Shown piece after piece: positions 61,391 to 64,000 of a stretch of 64,000 nt of DNA. A program made the translations under genes and the position numbers. Origin of the DNA: Takakia lepidozioides (lineage: Eukaryota > Plantae > Bryophyta); the NCBI GenBank assembly GCA_030704615.1, contig CM060734.1:44888001-44952000 (forward strand), read 5' to 3'. Each line of letters starts with the position of its first letter. The first letter of the stretch is position 1. Under the pieces are notes generated by a model that searched no databases, was not told the DNA's origin, and saw only the letters and a program-made list of their open reading frames with translations.

Positions 61391-64000
61391 GGCTTGTAGG
61401 TAATATATTGCAACTAGTTGAATGACAACAAACGCTACCTCCACAAGATATGAGAGCTGAAACTTGGGATCATAAAACAACTTTCGTCGATAGTCAAGAA
61501 TCTCACCTAGCACGTGAACTTTGAAACAAACAAAGTGAGATAGAAGAACTGTTGTACCTCGATAAGCCCTCTTATACCAGTTCATAAAGTAGTCAAGTTA
61601 AAATAGATTTGCTTTTAGGTTTCTTTTAGTGCTCATATCAATAATCTTAGGATGGACTTTCTATTGCTTTTGTTTAAAAGCACTTCATGTTAAGTACCTA
61701 CTGTTTCTTATTTTTAGAGTCTCATTTCTTCCTTTGAAGTACTTGCCACAGTGATGATCTCGTGGGAATCCTCTTTTCTATTTCGAGATTGTTGATGTAG
61801 CAAGCTTATTATGGAGGTTTTCTTAATCCTAAAGACCGGTCACCGAGACCCAAACCGGGTGACACGGTGACACTCTTTTTTCAACAGCAAATATCTTCCT
61901 AGATGTCCGTCTCATTGACATGGATTGGAAACCAAACCTGTAGACCGAACTGAGATCTTTCCAAAGGAATCGTGATTGGATTAACCTCCAGGAATATATT
62001 GCCTTTGAGGGGTAGAAGACCCATCTTTATGGGAGGGAATCATCTCCACCAAAAAATGATCTAGTATTACAAGGAGGTTCTTCACTGCAATGCCTCTACA
62101 GAATCACTTGACTAAGTATAGTTGATCTCTACTGCACCCATCTTGATGTCGGAACTCTGTCTCCGAGTGAATGCTGTGTAAAGAATCATATCTCAAGTCA
62201 AAAGAATCTTTCCCATGAATAACAGAATATTTGACAGTGATTCTAGAATATAGCTTGGTAACAGCATGGCCCTTAATGAATACCTGAGATAATAGAATAT
62301 TCTTTTAATATCTAGCCCCCAGCCATCCTCATAATCTTGGATAAGAGAATATTTTCCCAGGCCCAAAGAATCTTTGGTACAGCATATGAATCTTTCCATG
62401 CACCACAGTTGGCCTAGGCTTAATCCTTAAATCCATAACTATTGTTTTGGGGGCTGCCCGATTATTAAAGATAATAAAGATATAGATAAAGATAAAGATA
62501 TGTACATGTACAGAAAATTGTATGCAGGCACAATGGAGTATTATACCCTGTTTTCCAACGTCCTAGTATGAAATGCCAGGGGTTTTTTTTTTTCTTGGTG
62601 CCATGTCTCCACCTGTCATCCAAATAACAGAATTTGTCTCAAGCTGGGGAAAATTCCTTACAAGTTGGGACCCTTGAGTGGCCTAGGGCCCTCAGGACCG
62701 TCCTAGGGAATCCGAAACAGCCCTATGTACTGGTATTGATTCTAAACATTGGGAAAAGATGCCAAAAACCACATAGGAATATTCCTCAAGCCCCCTTCAT
62801 TCACACATTTTTGAAAATATGTTTCACTAATCTTCAGACAACATGGTTAGTTTTCAAATTCATGTTCCCCAACCAAAAGGTAAAGCCGCGCACAGGCCTA
62901 ATCTCTCCCCCCGCATCAGAATTGACGCTGCTAGAAGACTCAGAACATCCAAATCCCTTTCTCCAACATCCAGAATCCCAATGTCCATGTATTTGAAAGA
63001 GACCCACCTGCACCATATGTGAAGAACTCGCATGTTCTTTCCATCAGTCTTAGGACGGTTGTGACTGAACTCCTGAAAGGCTCTCTTGGCACATTCCGTA
63101 TAGAGTTTATTCCAAGACTCCTCCCCTATACATAACATTCGAAGTAGACTTGCTGCCCAGTTTCCGAGGGTCTGTGACTGCTTTCGCTTATAGTCTGGAG
63201 AGAGGTCAAACCATCGATTTCGTGCTGTAAAGAGCACTCTTTTTAACCAACTTCTGCTCAGCATTATGACTTGTACACAGAATGTTGACCTCCATCTCTG
63301 TGCATCTCCTCAACTGCTGACCGAGTTGGGGGCTACAGTGGGAGTGCTGGAACCAACTGTAGTTTGCAGCAAGATGCCTGGACCAGATGGTACATCAACT
63401 GCTACATGCCCTCCTCTGACCACATTGTTACTTGCAGTGCACAAGCATTTCTGGCATGTCTCACATATATACCCTGCTGGTCTACAAGCGCGTCTCTCAT
63501 CTCCTTCAGATAAGGAAGGCCAGCACAAATTTCTATTGGGGCCACACTCTATTTATCTACTCCATCTCAACTGGGTCTGAGATGTCTAGCTAAGAAAAAT
63601 TGCTCTGCCAGTTAAACCATTCCATCTCATGTACAATGCAGCCATGGCAACCACCAAATCAACTTGTTTTACTGTACAGTCCTGAGGAAATTCTGCTCAA
63701 GCTTCGTAGATCCAGCATTGAAGAGAATGATGGCCTAAAGGTACAGAGAGTTAGCAAAGATTATGCCGCGCCGTATGCTCTCACTGCCAGCTGCAAACTT
63801 CTTCTCCAGATCTGGGTTACCAATTGCTTCAGCTGCAGCCATTAACTATCCCATACGCCCACACACCAGTGTGGAAAATTAGATGTGCTAATATTCCAGT
63901 CCCAGCTCTCATGCAGTGAAACTAGTCCTGCCTCTGAAACTTTTGAAGGCAGGTTGAATCTCCGACAAAGAGGACAAGCTGATTAGAATGCAGATGGAGA

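Larger units (their letters stand above)
60410..62181. repeat. Right arm of the inverted dirigent duplication
   Basis: Reverse-complement match to 4754-6530. Confidence 0.9.

Noticed and set aside
62860-63960. Pseudogene or LINE remnant at the right edge
   Set aside because: Two in-frame minus-strand ORFs are separated by one stop, but I recognise no motif to support a call.

Overview
Eukaryotic land-plant genomic DNA (spliced genes, KCS, dirigent; the KCS and TE families suggest a non-seed plant, which is inference). Host genes lie at the edges: an AlkA/HhH-GPD 3-methyladenine DNA glycosylase, a 3-ketoacyl-CoA synthase, and two inverted, nearly identical dirigent genes about 54 kb apart. 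The middle ~40 kb (19416-58989) is a four-level transposon nest. Its outer layers are two head-to-head copies of an unusual Ty3/gypsy-type retrotransposon. This element encodes Gag, aspartic protease, a DNMT3-like C5 cytosine methyltransferase, then a conserved UAG-CAA-CCA leaky-stop context, then RT, RNase H and an rve/DDE-type integrase ending in a PHD finger. Instead of two matching LTRs it has split direct repeats (A ... PPT-B-GC-A-B), with TG...CA ends, a near-perfect 4-bp TSD and a palindromic internal junction. Inside it sits a ~21-kb En/Spm (CACTA-type) transposon with GGGG termini and divergent tnpD/tnpA genes; tnpA carries an FCP1/NIF phosphatase-like domain. A chromovirus and a LINE fragment are inserted in tnpA introns. 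Also present are tRNA-derived SINEs, a foldback element and several tandem arrays. All calls are from manual reading; no database searches were run.
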